From contig JAIZWK010000001.1 of the NCBI GenBank assembly GCA_021498095.1, positions 930,001-962,000 on the forward strand: 32,000 bases of DNA. The letters run 5' to 3'. A program made the position numbers and the translations under genes. This document shows positions 17,970 to 26,954 of this stretch, piece by piece. The number at the start of each line of letters is the position of its first letter. The first letter of the stretch is position 1. The notes under the pieces were generated by a model. It worked only from the letters and a program-made list of their open reading frames with translations. It did no database searches and was not told where the DNA came from. The stretch comes from Candidatus Harpocratesius repetitus. Its GTDB lineage: Archaea > Asgardarchaeota > Lokiarchaeia > Sigyniarchaeales > Promethearchaeaceae.

Positions 17970-18902
17970 TTAATTGCAATCTATCTTTAAAAAACGCGCG
18001 ATTAAGCCGATAATTACAGTTTCGTTTCTGAAAAACCACCAATCTCCTTTTGTAAATCTAAATTCATTTATTGAAATATTTTCTCTAATTTCATTTCTTT
18101 CAGAAATAGAGCTAACTAATTCTGAAAAAATGTCATTTTCTTTTGAATTTACCCAATTTTTAGCGGGAAAAATGCACAAAAGATCTTTAATGAGGGATTT
18201 TAATGAAGTAGTCTCTATTTTACTGCTTGTGTATTTTTTATAGATTTTTCTAAAAGGAATAAGATATAGATAGTAAATTGCCTGTAAAGGTGTCCAGATT
18301 AATGAAAAAAAAGATTTAATATCTGACCATATCCAAGTAGGTCGAATAAATATATATTTTAATTTAGGAAAGGAGTAGTGCTCTGGGTAATTAAGTATTG
18401 TTGAAAAATAAGGAAATATAGAGTGATCAAATAATATTATGGTGTCTATTTCATTATCAATTAAGAATTTCTGTAAAAATTCAATGGGTGATGAATTTCG
18501 TTCTAAAAGTTTGTAAAAATTTGAAGGAGACATAGTCCACACTTTAGCATTCAATAAAGCAAGGGTAGAACCAATCAAGCTTTCTACTTTTTTTCCACCT
18601 TGAAGTGGAGCAATCATAAAAAAGTGATATTGTTGGCTATCAACAAGTTTGTTTTGCAATTGTGAAAGTGAATTTCTTTCAATCTCTAATCCGAGAAATT
18701 CATCATTCAGACCATATTGATAAAGATTTCCTGAATAATTCTCCATCTTCCACTCCTTCTGCACAACATGGCTTAATATGACTTTGTTCCATCTACGATA
18801 TCGCCGTAATAACCGAATAAAGATAATAAGGATAAATAAAACACCAACTTCGACAGGCATCCATTTTATCCAATCGATATGCTCCCATTGAAAGAATAAC
18901 AT
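17970..18902 (-). CDS. Hypothetical protein with an N-terminal transmembrane anchor
   Basis: Hydrophobic VEVGVLFILIIFI followed by basic RLLRRYRR; 310-aa open frame. Confidence 0.7.
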   Translation of the reverse strand: MLFFQWEHIDWIKWMPVEVGVLFILIIFIRLLRRYRRWNKVILSHVVQKEWKMENYSGNLYQYGLNDEFLGLEIERNSLSQLQNKLVDSQQYHFFMIAPLQGGKKVESLIGSTLALLNAKVWTMSPSNFYKLLERNSSPIEFLQKFLIDNEIDTIILFDHSIFPYFSTILNYPEHYSFPKLKYIFIRPTWIWSDIKSFFSLIWTPLQAIYYLYLIPFRKIYKKYTSSKIETTSLKSLIKDLLCIFPAKNWVNSKENDIFSELVSSISERNEIRENISINEFRFTKGDWWFFRNETVIIGLIARFLKIDCN

Positions 18903-18913
18903 AATGTTTCCTC

Positions 18914-19423
18914 TTATTTAATGCTAAGCTGCTTATGCATATATATATGCTCGTCTACATAGAAAGGTTTCATAATACCGTCATCCATGGTAATTATTTC
19001 ATTTTTATTGCTGCTAATAACTGTAAATCCCCGCTTTTTATAAAAGTTTAATGCCCATTCTGCATGTTTATGAACAAAAAGTCTAATTTCGGCTAGATTA
19101 TCCCGTAATGTTTGAAATTCTAAAAAGTTCATCAGAGATTGACCATAATTTTTCCGATGTTGATCGTATCTGACAAAAAAATACCCAATATAACTAAAAG
19201 ATTCCATTTTTTGATAAGTTGCGAATGCTTGATATGCCCCATTATCCCTTAATATGAAAAAGTCCCTAATTTGAAAATTTTTTTCCGCCCAAGCTTGATC
19301 TACATCGATTTCATCAGAACTACTTACATCATGAATTATATTACGATAAAGGGGTGCATTAGAATTCAAAATTTCAATAATTTCTGGGATAAGTTCAGTT
19401 CCCGTACGAACAATAAGATGCAT
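18914..19423 (-). CDS. GNAT-family N-acetyltransferase
   Basis: YIGYFFVRYDQHRKNYGQSLM (motif A-like); ALNFYKKRGF (motif B). Confidence 0.85.
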   Translation of the reverse strand: MHLIVRTGTELIPEIIEILNSNAPLYRNIIHDVSSSDEIDVDQAWAEKNFQIRDFFILRDNGAYQAFATYQKMESFSYIGYFFVRYDQHRKNYGQSLMNFLEFQTLRDNLAEIRLFVHKHAEWALNFYKKRGFTVISSNKNEIITMDDGIMKPFYVDEHIYMHKQLSIK

Positions 19424-19593
19424 TCTTAATCAACTAAAGATTTCTCACTTAATAATAATTGAGGTTCTTCTTTTTTCATTTTTATTAAAATTTCTTTAAC
19501 ATCTCTTAAAATTTTGTTAAAAGCAGAAAAAAAGATAAATTTCTCAAAATCGCAACAAAACAACAAAAGATTTAGAAAGTTAAGAGCTCATCA

Positions 19594-20526
19594 CTAAAAA
19601 TTTGATTGCATTATTAAATGTCCACGAATTTGTTTTGCTCTCGTTCGTAACGTAACTTCCGTAATTCGTGCTACATTCGCAATTTGTGTTTGAGTTTTTC
19701 GTTCTCCAAGGTGTTTTGCTGCCAAATAGAGAACTGCTGCTGCAATTCCTTTTGGATCTTTTCCCATTTTCCTTAATCCTCGTTTTGAAGCAGATTTTAG
19801 TAAATCAAAAGCAAATTTCTGAGTGGTTATTGAAAGTTCCAACTCTGCACCAAAGCGATAAATTAGTGGATTGGGTGAAATCGGGTGGTAATGCAAATTC
19901 ATTTTAGGTAAAACCTTGCGAACTATTAATCCGAGAGATCTATGCACAGAACGAAGCGGGATCATTGCAATTTCCACAATTTCTTCCAATAAACGCGGAA
20001 AATCATGGATACGTATAGCAGCATATAATGAAGCAGTTACAAATGACTCAATTGATCTTCCCATTGTTAATTTTTGTTTTGCAACTTCGGAATAAATTTT
20101 CCAAGCAGATTCTTGAATAAAATCAGGAATTTGCAACTTTTGGCAGAGAGATGCCAACTTAGGACGAGATTCCCAGAAATTTCTTTCAATTGAGTTAATA
20201 AGTGAACCTTGGATTTTACTTAAGCGATTAAACAGTTGTGCTCTGCGGGATGCTAATTGCCGACCTTTTGAATCGGTGCTGGTTAATCCAATTACCGTTC
20301 TTGGTCCGTAAGATCTCCATCTTGGTTCAGTACGCCGTCGGGCACGCACTTCATCAGCAGTATAAGCCCTTCGTTCAGTTGAAACATATTCTGTCCCAAA
20401 AACCATTCCGCAATTTCGACAAACGCGAAAACCATCATCTGTGATGAATATTTCAGGTAATCCGCAGCAATCTTGAATTTTTTCATCAAGATCTTCAAAA
20501 CAAGAGCCGTAAGGAGGTGGTGTCAT
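19594..20526 (-). CDS. tfb: Transcription initiation factor IIB (TFB), paralog 1
   Basis: Zn ribbon (CC...VCRNCG), B-reader-like ERRAY, two cyclin repeats (GRSIESFVTASLYAAIR; GKDPKGIAAAVLY), C-terminal TQTQIANVARITEVTLR. Confidence 0.95.
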   Translation of the reverse strand: MTPPPYGSCFEDLDEKIQDCCGLPEIFITDDGFRVCRNCGMVFGTEYVSTERRAYTADEVRARRRTEPRWRSYGPRTVIGLTSTDSKGRQLASRRAQLFNRLSKIQGSLINSIERNFWESRPKLASLCQKLQIPDFIQESAWKIYSEVAKQKLTMGRSIESFVTASLYAAIRIHDFPRLLEEIVEIAMIPLRSVHRSLGLIVRKVLPKMNLHYHPISPNPLIYRFGAELELSITTQKFAFDLLKSASKRGLRKMGKDPKGIAAAVLYLAAKHLGERKTQTQIANVARITEVTLRTRAKQIRGHLIMQSNF

Positions 20527-20605
20527 AGCGATGCACTTAGGTCACTTGGGATGATGAAAAAAATCATCAGCCCGATGTGGACGTTTAAACTTTGTAACGA
20601 ACTAG

Positions 20606-20612
20606 TATAAAA
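20606..20612 (-). promoter_or_regulatory. Probable TATA box of TFB paralog 1
   Basis: TTTTATA on the minus strand, preceded by A-rich CGACAAAAATC, about 80 bp upstream of the ATG. Confidence 0.4.
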
Positions 20613-20657
20613 GATTTTTGTCGAAAAATTCCCCCGTTCTTCCCACAGAAAGTCAGA

Positions 20658-20996
20658 TTAAAACGTTAGCTGATGCCATCCTTCCTTTAACATACTGGAA
20701 ATTTTTTCACCGACAAACTGCACACTGACACCTAGTTCTATCAGTCTTTCTGAAACTTTGTAATCATCACTGCATTGTTTACAAGCCCAAACAGAAATTT
20801 TTTCAGTTTCCACAAGATCCATAACTTCGGCTTTTAATTCCAAAACACTAACAACTGTTCTTTGAATGGGTCCCCATAGGATAAGTACAACTTCTTCCAT
20901 CCAATGTTCCCGAATGGCATTACGGGCGTATGGAAAGACTACATCTGTTAAAATACGTGGATCTGCATCGCTAACCAAAATAAAAACTTTATCCAT
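20658..20996 (-). CDS. DsrE/DsrF-like family protein
   Basis: 112 aa; EEVVLILWGP, VWACKQCSDDYKVSERLIELGV, C-terminal GWHQLTF. Confidence 0.8.
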   Translation of the reverse strand: MDKVFILVSDADPRILTDVVFPYARNAIREHWMEEVVLILWGPIQRTVVSVLELKAEVMDLVETEKISVWACKQCSDDYKVSERLIELGVSVQFVGEKISSMLKEGWHQLTF

Positions 20997-21108
20997 GCAT
21001 TGATTTTGTCGTTCGTTAATAAAAAAATGATCATTCTTAAATTAAGGTCAAAAAACGAATTTCAAAATATACTTTTATTTTTGCTCTTAATTATATTTAG
21101 ATATAAAA

Positions 21109-21972
21109 ATGCTTGGAGCTATTTTTGGAGATATTGTAGGAAGTATATATGAATTTAAGGAGATTCCTAAGGGAAAATTTCTTTTACTCAACCCTAAAGC
21201 ATATTTTACTGACGATACTGTTTTAACAATAGCTATCGCCGAATTTCTTCTAACTAGTGAAAATCTTTCTATTGAAAATCTTTCTACTGAAAATCTAACA
21301 AATATCCTTCAGCGATACGGTCGTAAATATAGAAATTGTGGATTTGGAGCAAATTTTCGTAAGTGGATGATGAGTTCGACGCCCCAACCATACAATAGTT
21401 GGGGGAATGGTTCTGCGATGCGAGTAAGTCCTGTAGGGTTCTTTTATTCAACAGAAGAAGAAGTTCTTCAAGTTGCTGAACAAACAGCAAAGATTACCCA
21501 TAATCATCCTGAAGGAATAAAAGGTGCTCAAGCTACTGCTTTAGCTGTCTTTTTAGCAAGGAATAATAAGTACTCAAAAAAAGAAATTCTTGAATATCTC
21601 GAACATCGTTTCAAATACGATCTTCACACCTCATTACAATTACAGAAAAATAAACCAAAAATCAATTCAAAACAAGAAGAAAAGATTAGTCTTGCTAAAA
21701 ATTTTGATGTTAGCTGCCAAAAAACTGTACCTTTGGCAATTCGAGCCTTTTTTGAAAGTCAAAGTTTTCCTGATACTATTCGTAAAGCAGTATCTATAGG
21801 TGGTGATACTGATACTATTGCTTGTATAGCAGGAGCAATCGCAGAATCTTTTTATGGTATTCCAAAACCTATAATAAATTATACTCGAAATAAATTGCCA
21901 CTAGAATTTATTGCAGTTATTGATAAATTTCAACGAAAAATTCAAATAAAAAACAGAAAAAATATTAAATAA
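21109..21972 (+). CDS. ADP-ribosylglycohydrolase (DraG/ARH family)
   Basis: GAIFGDIVGS, TDDT, SWGNGSAMR, THNHPEG, GGDTDTIACIAG. Confidence 0.93.
   Translation: MLGAIFGDIVGSIYEFKEIPKGKFLLLNPKAYFTDDTVLTIAIAEFLLTSENLSIENLSTENLTNILQRYGRKYRNCGFGANFRKWMMSSTPQPYNSWGNGSAMRVSPVGFFYSTEEEVLQVAEQTAKITHNHPEGIKGAQATALAVFLARNNKYSKKEILEYLEHRFKYDLHTSLQLQKNKPKINSKQEEKISLAKNFDVSCQKTVPLAIRAFFESQSFPDTIRKAVSIGGDTDTIACIAGAIAESFYGIPKPIINYTRNKLPLEFIAVIDKFQRKIQIKNRKNIK
21258..21296 (+). repeat. 15-bp in-frame tandem microrepeat (about 2.6 copies) encoding ENLSI-ENLST-ENL
   Basis: TGAAAATCTTTCTAT / TGAAAATCTTTCTAC / TGAAAATCT read directly. Confidence 0.85.
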
Positions 21973-22022
21973 ATTCACACTTATTATTCGTAGTTAGAAT
22001 AGAAACAAAATTCGAATATTGA

Positions 22023-22469
22023 TTAAGGTCGTGCAATCTCTTTAACTGTAATTTTAAAATTTAAGGTTTTTCCAGCCATTGGATGATTAAAATCTAAAGT
22101 CACTTCTTCATTTTCAACTTTCTTAATCCAGACAGGAATCGTGTGTTCGTGATCCTCATGTTTTTGTTGTACTTGCAACATCATTCCAACTTTTGGTTCA
22201 ATTTCAGGAGGAAACTCCTTTGCGCTGACTACTTGGACTGCTTCAGGATGATATTCTCCATATGCTTCTTTTGGTTCTAAACGAATTTCAAATTCTTGAT
22301 TGATTTCCTTTCCGATAACTGAATTTTCAAATCCTGGAATTACTTGGTGGCTTCCTACTGTAAATTCTAAGGGTTTTCCGCCATTACGTTCGGTGGAATC
22401 AAAAACTTCACCATCATCAAAAAATCCTTTATATTCTACCTTTACGGTATCTCCATTTTCAATTGGCAT
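22023..22469 (-). CDS. FKBP-type peptidyl-prolyl isomerase with insert-in-flap domain (SlyD-like)
   Basis: GDTVKVEYKG, VFDST, PLEFTVGSHQVIPGFE, PKEAYG, DFNHPMAGKTLNF. Confidence 0.93.
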   Translation of the reverse strand: MPIENGDTVKVEYKGFFDDGEVFDSTERNGGKPLEFTVGSHQVIPGFENSVIGKEINQEFEIRLEPKEAYGEYHPEAVQVVSAKEFPPEIEPKVGMMLQVQQKHEDHEHTIPVWIKKVENEEVTLDFNHPMAGKTLNFKITVKEIARP

Positions 22470-22577
22470 AATAATTCCTCAAATAGAGTTGTCTTTTAAA
22501 AGAATACAAAGTTGATTAAGTTGATGGAAATGAAAAGTTCATTTATGAAAATTCATTGAGTAAAAAAAGTAATTAGA

Positions 22578-23492
22578 TTAAAGATAACTTTTTATTTGTT
22601 TAACTCGTGTACGGAGTGTAACCTCAGTAATTCGCGCTACAGCGGCTATGTCGGCTTGAGTACGTTTTTCATTTTCAGATTTTGATGCCATATATAGTGC
22701 AGCAGCGGCTAATCCTTTTGGATCTTTACCCATTGAACGTAAACCCGCTTTTCGAGACAATTGAAGAAGCTCGGCTGCCTTTGTTTGTGTTGTCATTGAT
22801 AATTTTAACTCATTACCAAACCGAAATACTAACGATCGGGTGGTAACAGGTTTATACTTCATTTTCAAGACTGGAAATACTTTCCTAACAATTAATCCTA
22901 GAGATCTATGCACAGAACGAAGTGGGATCATGGCAACTTCAACAATTTCCTCTAACAAACGGGGAAATTCGTGAATTCGAATGGCTGCATATAATGAGGC
23001 AGTAACGAAACCATCTATTGAGCGCCCCATTGTGAGTTTTTGCCTGGCGACTTCGCTGTAAATTTTCCAAGAAGTTTCAACAATTTGATTTGGAATGGAT
23101 AATTTAAGTGCTAATGCATTTAATTTGGGTTTTGCTTCCCAAAAATTACGTTCTAAAGATGAAACTAAAGAACCTTGAATTTTACTTAAACGACTGAACA
23201 AAGCTTGCTGTTTTGCACCTAAAGAATGCCCTCGGGCATCTGATTGAACACCTGTTATTACTGTTCTTGGTCCAAATGATCGCCATTTTGGTTCTGTCCG
23301 GCGACGAGATTGAACTTCTTCGGTAGTATATGCTCTGCGTTCATTGTCAACGAATGTTTGACCGAAGGTTAATCCACAATTTTGGCAGACTCGCATACCT
23401 TCGGCGTTTACAATTATATCAGGATTGGGACAGCACGGTTCGTCATCGTCTTCTTCGTCTTTCCCGTAAGGATGTTTATGATAGTAAGACAC
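22578..23492 (-). CDS. tfb: Transcription initiation factor IIB (TFB), paralog 2
   Basis: Same architecture as paralog 1 (CC...VCQNCG, ERRAY, GRSIDGFVTASLY, GKDPKGLAAAALY, ITEVTLR); GTG start. Confidence 0.95.
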   Translation of the reverse strand: MSYYHKHPYGKDEEDDDEPCCPNPDIIVNAEGMRVCQNCGLTFGQTFVDNERRAYTTEEVQSRRRTEPKWRSFGPRTVITGVQSDARGHSLGAKQQALFSRLSKIQGSLVSSLERNFWEAKPKLNALALKLSIPNQIVETSWKIYSEVARQKLTMGRSIDGFVTASLYAAIRIHEFPRLLEEIVEVAMIPLRSVHRSLGLIVRKVFPVLKMKYKPVTTRSLVFRFGNELKLSMTTQTKAAELLQLSRKAGLRSMGKDPKGLAAAALYMASKSENEKRTQADIAAVARITEVTLRTRVKQIKSYL

Positions 23493-23540
23493 TGTAATTA
23501 CCTTCTTAATATTTTAGGTGAAGGGGGCGCTCATTCTTAA

Positions 23541-23583
23541 TATATAATAGTATGATCAAGATCAGATCACATGTGATTGATCA
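23541..23583 (-). promoter_or_regulatory. Probable TATA box of TFB paralog 2 with an adjacent GATC/palindrome cluster
   Basis: TTATATA (minus strand, 23541-23547). Immediately upstream are four GATC (23554, 23560, 23565, 23579) and the perfect palindrome ATCACATGTGAT (23566-23577). Confidence 0.5.
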
Positions 23584-23820
23584 AAATGGTTATACGATGC
23601 GCATTGAAAATAAATTTTTGATGCATTTAAATATTTGTTTAAATAGAGCTTAAAAAGATCTCAAAAATTTGAAAAAAATCGTGTGATGGAGCACTTTTGT
23701 GTTGATAAATTTTTATTAGAAAAAAAAACATTTTACATTCATAGAAAAAGAAAAACATTTAAAAAAGTATAAGAAAAGTATTAAAAAAACATGAAAGAAG
23801 ACAAAAGTTAAGAAGTACTA

Positions 23821-24741
23821 TTAAATATCGCCTTGTTTATGTAATTCTTCGCGAATTTCGTCCCATTGGGCATCAATATAGTTTTCCCATATTTTAATAT
23901 CTTCTTCTTTCAAATGACGGAAACGTGATTGTCCTTTAAGAAATTCTCGTATGTCTTTACGCTTAGATTTATCTAAATAACGTTTACTTGGTTGTGAGAT
24001 AATTAATTTTCCTTCAATTCGTTCTAATAAGGGCCAATATCCTGTTTCTACCGCTAATCGTGCCATATGCACTGATTGATCAGTAGGGAATCCCCAACCT
24101 GGAGGGCAAGTTCCGAGTATTTCAATATAACGAACACCTTTTCCATTAAATTCACGCGCTTTCTTGAATTTCTCATATATATCTCGAGGATGGCTGGCCG
24201 CAGTTTGTGCAATATAACTCAATCCATGAGCTTCCATTATTTTTCGCATATTTTTATTTAATTGCTGTTTTCCAAGAATGGGGGTCGTTGTTGTCGTTGC
24301 TCCATAGGGAGTAGCACCCGATCGCTGAATTCCTGTATTCATATAGGCTTGATTGTTGACACACGCGAAAATAAAATTGTCTCCTCGCTCAGATGCACCA
24401 CTTAATCCTTGAATTCCGATATCATAAGTTCCACCATCCCCAGCCCAAGCCAACACTACCACGTCTTTATCTTGTCCCTTAGCTTTCAGAGCTGCAGCCG
24501 CACCAGCCGCATTTGCAGCTACGGTTTCAAAACAGCAGTAAAATGCTGGAACTTTAAGTGGTGTGTAACCTCCTACTCCACCACACACAGTTGAACATGA
24601 AGCAGGGTTTGTTATAATTGTCTTTGGACCAAGTGCTTTAAGTGCCCATCGGTATGCTAATTGGATTCCGCATCCGCTGCATAAACGAGTTCCGGGAAGT
24701 ATCATTTCTTCTTCAGGTAATTCACTAACTTTGATAACCAT
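23821..24741 (-). CDS. porB: 2-oxoacid (pyruvate/ketoisovalerate-type):ferredoxin oxidoreductase beta subunit
   Basis: LCSGCG; TPP-binding GDGG...NNQAYMNTGIQRS; GTCP. AGGAGG SD at 24750-24755. Substrate specificity cannot be determined from sequence alone. Confidence 0.93.
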   Translation of the reverse strand: MVIKVSELPEEEMILPGTRLCSGCGIQLAYRWALKALGPKTIITNPASCSTVCGGVGGYTPLKVPAFYCCFETVAANAAGAAAALKAKGQDKDVVVLAWAGDGGTYDIGIQGLSGASERGDNFIFACVNNQAYMNTGIQRSGATPYGATTTTTPILGKQQLNKNMRKIMEAHGLSYIAQTAASHPRDIYEKFKKAREFNGKGVRYIEILGTCPPGWGFPTDQSVHMARLAVETGYWPLLERIEGKLIISQPSKRYLDKSKRKDIREFLKGQSRFRHLKEEDIKIWENYIDAQWDEIREELHKQGDI

Positions 24742-25995
24742 TTAGATCTCCTCCTTTTTAAATCCGAGTTCATTCAATTGTAATCCAATAAAATCAACAT
24801 GCGTATCCAATTGAACCTCTCGGTTATCTTGTTCTTCGATTGCTTTCTTAACTCCGTTAATTAATTGATCCGCTGTAATATCCCGACCTCCAAGTCCAAC
24901 GATGAATCCTCGAATAATTGGACGATGATCAGCAGCATACAAAGCCGATTTTAATTCAGCTGCCAAAATCCCTTCCATACCATAGCCGACATCCCGATCA
25001 AACACTACCACCAGTTTAGCTTTATTAAATGCTTTTCTGAGATGTTGAATTGGGAAAGGACGGTAAAGTTTTAGGCTGATTAAACCTATTTTTATTCCCT
25101 CATCACGCAATGTGTCCACAACACCACGAGATTCGGAAGCAACACTTCCTACTGCAAAAATCAGCACTTCAGCATCATCGGCTTTATATGGTTTGTAAAT
25201 TCCATTTCCATAAGCACGACCGAATTTAGTTTCAAATTCTTTTGCCACTTCTTCAATCACTTCAATGGCGTATTCGTGTGCTTTCTGCATGGAATAGCGA
25301 AATTCATAATATCCGGGGGTATTTCCTTCAGGTCGGACTGTCAATCCTGGAGGTGTGACTGGATTCACGCTGTGAACATTCTCAAAATCCGTAAGATGAA
25401 TGTGAGGTTTCAGCGGTGGGAGGAATTCTCGCACTTTATCATCATCTTCAATTTGCACCGACATCATAGTATGACTTAATATATAGCCGTCGTATGAGAC
25501 AAACGCAGGTAAGTAGACACGCGGATCTTCTGCAACTCGATATGACATCAAAACTGTGTCATAAGCCTCTTGATTGGACTCCACGAATTGTTGGATGAAT
25601 CCTACATCGCGAACGCTGAAAGCATCTTGATGATCTGTCCATACACTCCAAGGCGCTCCGAGTGCTCGCGTAGCAATACACATAACTAAAGGAAGCCGTG
25701 AACCCGCAGCCCAGCAAAGAATTTCATACATATAGGCTAAACCATTTGCACTTGAAGCCGTAAATACTCGGGCACCCATTTGAGAAGCAGCGACTACGGC
25801 TGAAATGGCTGATTGTTCACTTTCAACGGTTACGAATTGAGTATTTGGCAATTCACCCGATTCGACGAATTCTGAAATTTTCTCAACTACAGGACTTTGT
25901 GGGGTAATGGGATACGCTGCAACAACTTCTACACCTACGCTTTTGCATGCATAGGCTGCTGCATGGTTTCCTGTTAAGACTTTTCGTTCTGGCAT
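24742..25995 (-). CDS. porA: 2-oxoacid:ferredoxin oxidoreductase alpha subunit
   Basis: AYPITPQ, VESEQSA, TASSANGL, RALGAP, DGYILSH, YRPFP. AGGAGG SD at 26005-26010. Confidence 0.94.
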   Translation of the reverse strand: MPERKVLTGNHAAAYACKSVGVEVVAAYPITPQSPVVEKISEFVESGELPNTQFVTVESEQSAISAVVAASQMGARVFTASSANGLAYMYEILCWAAGSRLPLVMCIATRALGAPWSVWTDHQDAFSVRDVGFIQQFVESNQEAYDTVLMSYRVAEDPRVYLPAFVSYDGYILSHTMMSVQIEDDDKVREFLPPLKPHIHLTDFENVHSVNPVTPPGLTVRPEGNTPGYYEFRYSMQKAHEYAIEVIEEVAKEFETKFGRAYGNGIYKPYKADDAEVLIFAVGSVASESRGVVDTLRDEGIKIGLISLKLYRPFPIQHLRKAFNKAKLVVVFDRDVGYGMEGILAAELKSALYAADHRPIIRGFIVGLGGRDITADQLINGVKKAIEEQDNREVQLDTHVDFIGLQLNELGFKKEEI

Positions 25996-25997
25996 TA

Positions 25998-26348
25998 TTA
26001 GTTTCCTCCTTCGTTACCCTCACATGAAGGTGCTTCTTTTTCCGAAATCATTTCGATTGCATGTGCAGGACATTCAGTCGCACAAATTCCGCATCCTTTA
26101 CAGTAATCATAATTGAATTTCGGAGGAATTGAGCGGGACACAGTGTTTTCGGGACAGTAAAGCCAACATAAATTACAAGTTAATTTACCTGTTTTAACTA
26201 CCAAACACTTTTCTGTATGTAAAATGGGGCGTTTGGTTCTCCATTCACCAGTATGTCCAGCTTCACCTACAGCGGGTGTTTGCTGCGATGCTAAAATTGT
26301 TTGTGAAACTTTTTTTTCTAATTTAATATCTTGTTCTGTTCTTACCAT
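25998..26348 (-). CDS. porD: 2-oxoacid:ferredoxin oxidoreductase delta subunit (2x[4Fe-4S])
   Basis: TGEWRTKRP, C-x9-CNLCWLYCP, YDYCKGCGICATECP. Confidence 0.92.
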   Translation of the reverse strand: MVRTEQDIKLEKKVSQTILASQQTPAVGEAGHTGEWRTKRPILHTEKCLVVKTGKLTCNLCWLYCPENTVSRSIPPKFNYDYCKGCGICATECPAHAIEMISEKEAPSCEGNEGGN

Positions 26349-26360
26349 GATTTTCTCATC

Positions 26361-26954
26361 TCACACAGTTTTGACCTCATCTACTAAAGCATTTTCTGCG
26401 GCTTTTTCTGCCGCTTTGATATTTAAATCAGTTTTTGGGCCTTCACCGAACATATTAATGATTGCACGCTTTGCATCTTCAATTCCAATTTTCAAAGAAG
26501 ATTTGGTTAATACTCCAAGTACACTAGTGTTGACAATTGGTTGATTTTCTCGATTTGTCAATTTAAGATCGAAAGCGATTTGAGTTAAATCGGCGGTAAC
26601 AACCGTTATTTTCTTTGGATCGATATTATATTCTTTCCGCACATCTTCAGGACATTTATGGGTATTCAAAATAAGAGCACCTTTGTCCTTAATTCTGGCA
26701 ATAACGTGATCGCCAAAGACAGTTTCATCGAGCACAATGGCATAGTCTGCTTTTTGTATGTGAGAGCGAATCCAAATTGGCTTTTCTGAAATACGACAGA
26801 AAGCCATAACTGGTGCACCTCTCCTTTCTGTTCCGAAGGCAGGAAAGGTTGACACATGAGGGTAATTATTACTAATAATAGCAGCATTCGAAAGGATTTT
26901 TCCTGCTGTGACGGCACCCATTCCTCCTCGGCCATAAAAGATAATTTCTATCAT
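26361..26954 (-). CDS. porG: 2-oxoacid:ferredoxin oxidoreductase gamma subunit
   Basis: IFYGRGGMGAVTA, FGTERRGAPV, PIVNTSVLG. Confidence 0.94.
   Translation of the reverse strand: MIEIIFYGRGGMGAVTAGKILSNAAIISNNYPHVSTFPAFGTERRGAPVMAFCRISEKPIWIRSHIQKADYAIVLDETVFGDHVIARIKDKGALILNTHKCPEDVRKEYNIDPKKITVVTADLTQIAFDLKLTNRENQPIVNTSVLGVLTKSSLKIGIEDAKRAIINMFGEGPKTDLNIKAAEKAAENALVDEVKTV

Noticed and set aside
20550-20568. Hairpin GATGAT-GAAAAAA-ATCATC in the TFB1 leader
   Set aside because: A 6-bp AT-rich stem is within chance expectation, with no further support.
21109-21972. ARH as immunity protein for an ADP-ribosylating toxin
   Set aside because: No ART toxin gene is adjacent, and the giant ORF 7 kb away shows no ART motif that I can recognise.
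23601-23624. Hairpin GCATTGAAAA-TAAA-TTTTTGATGC downstream of porB
   Set aside because: It needs two G-U pairs that form only on the plus strand, whereas the flanking genes are transcribed from the minus strand.
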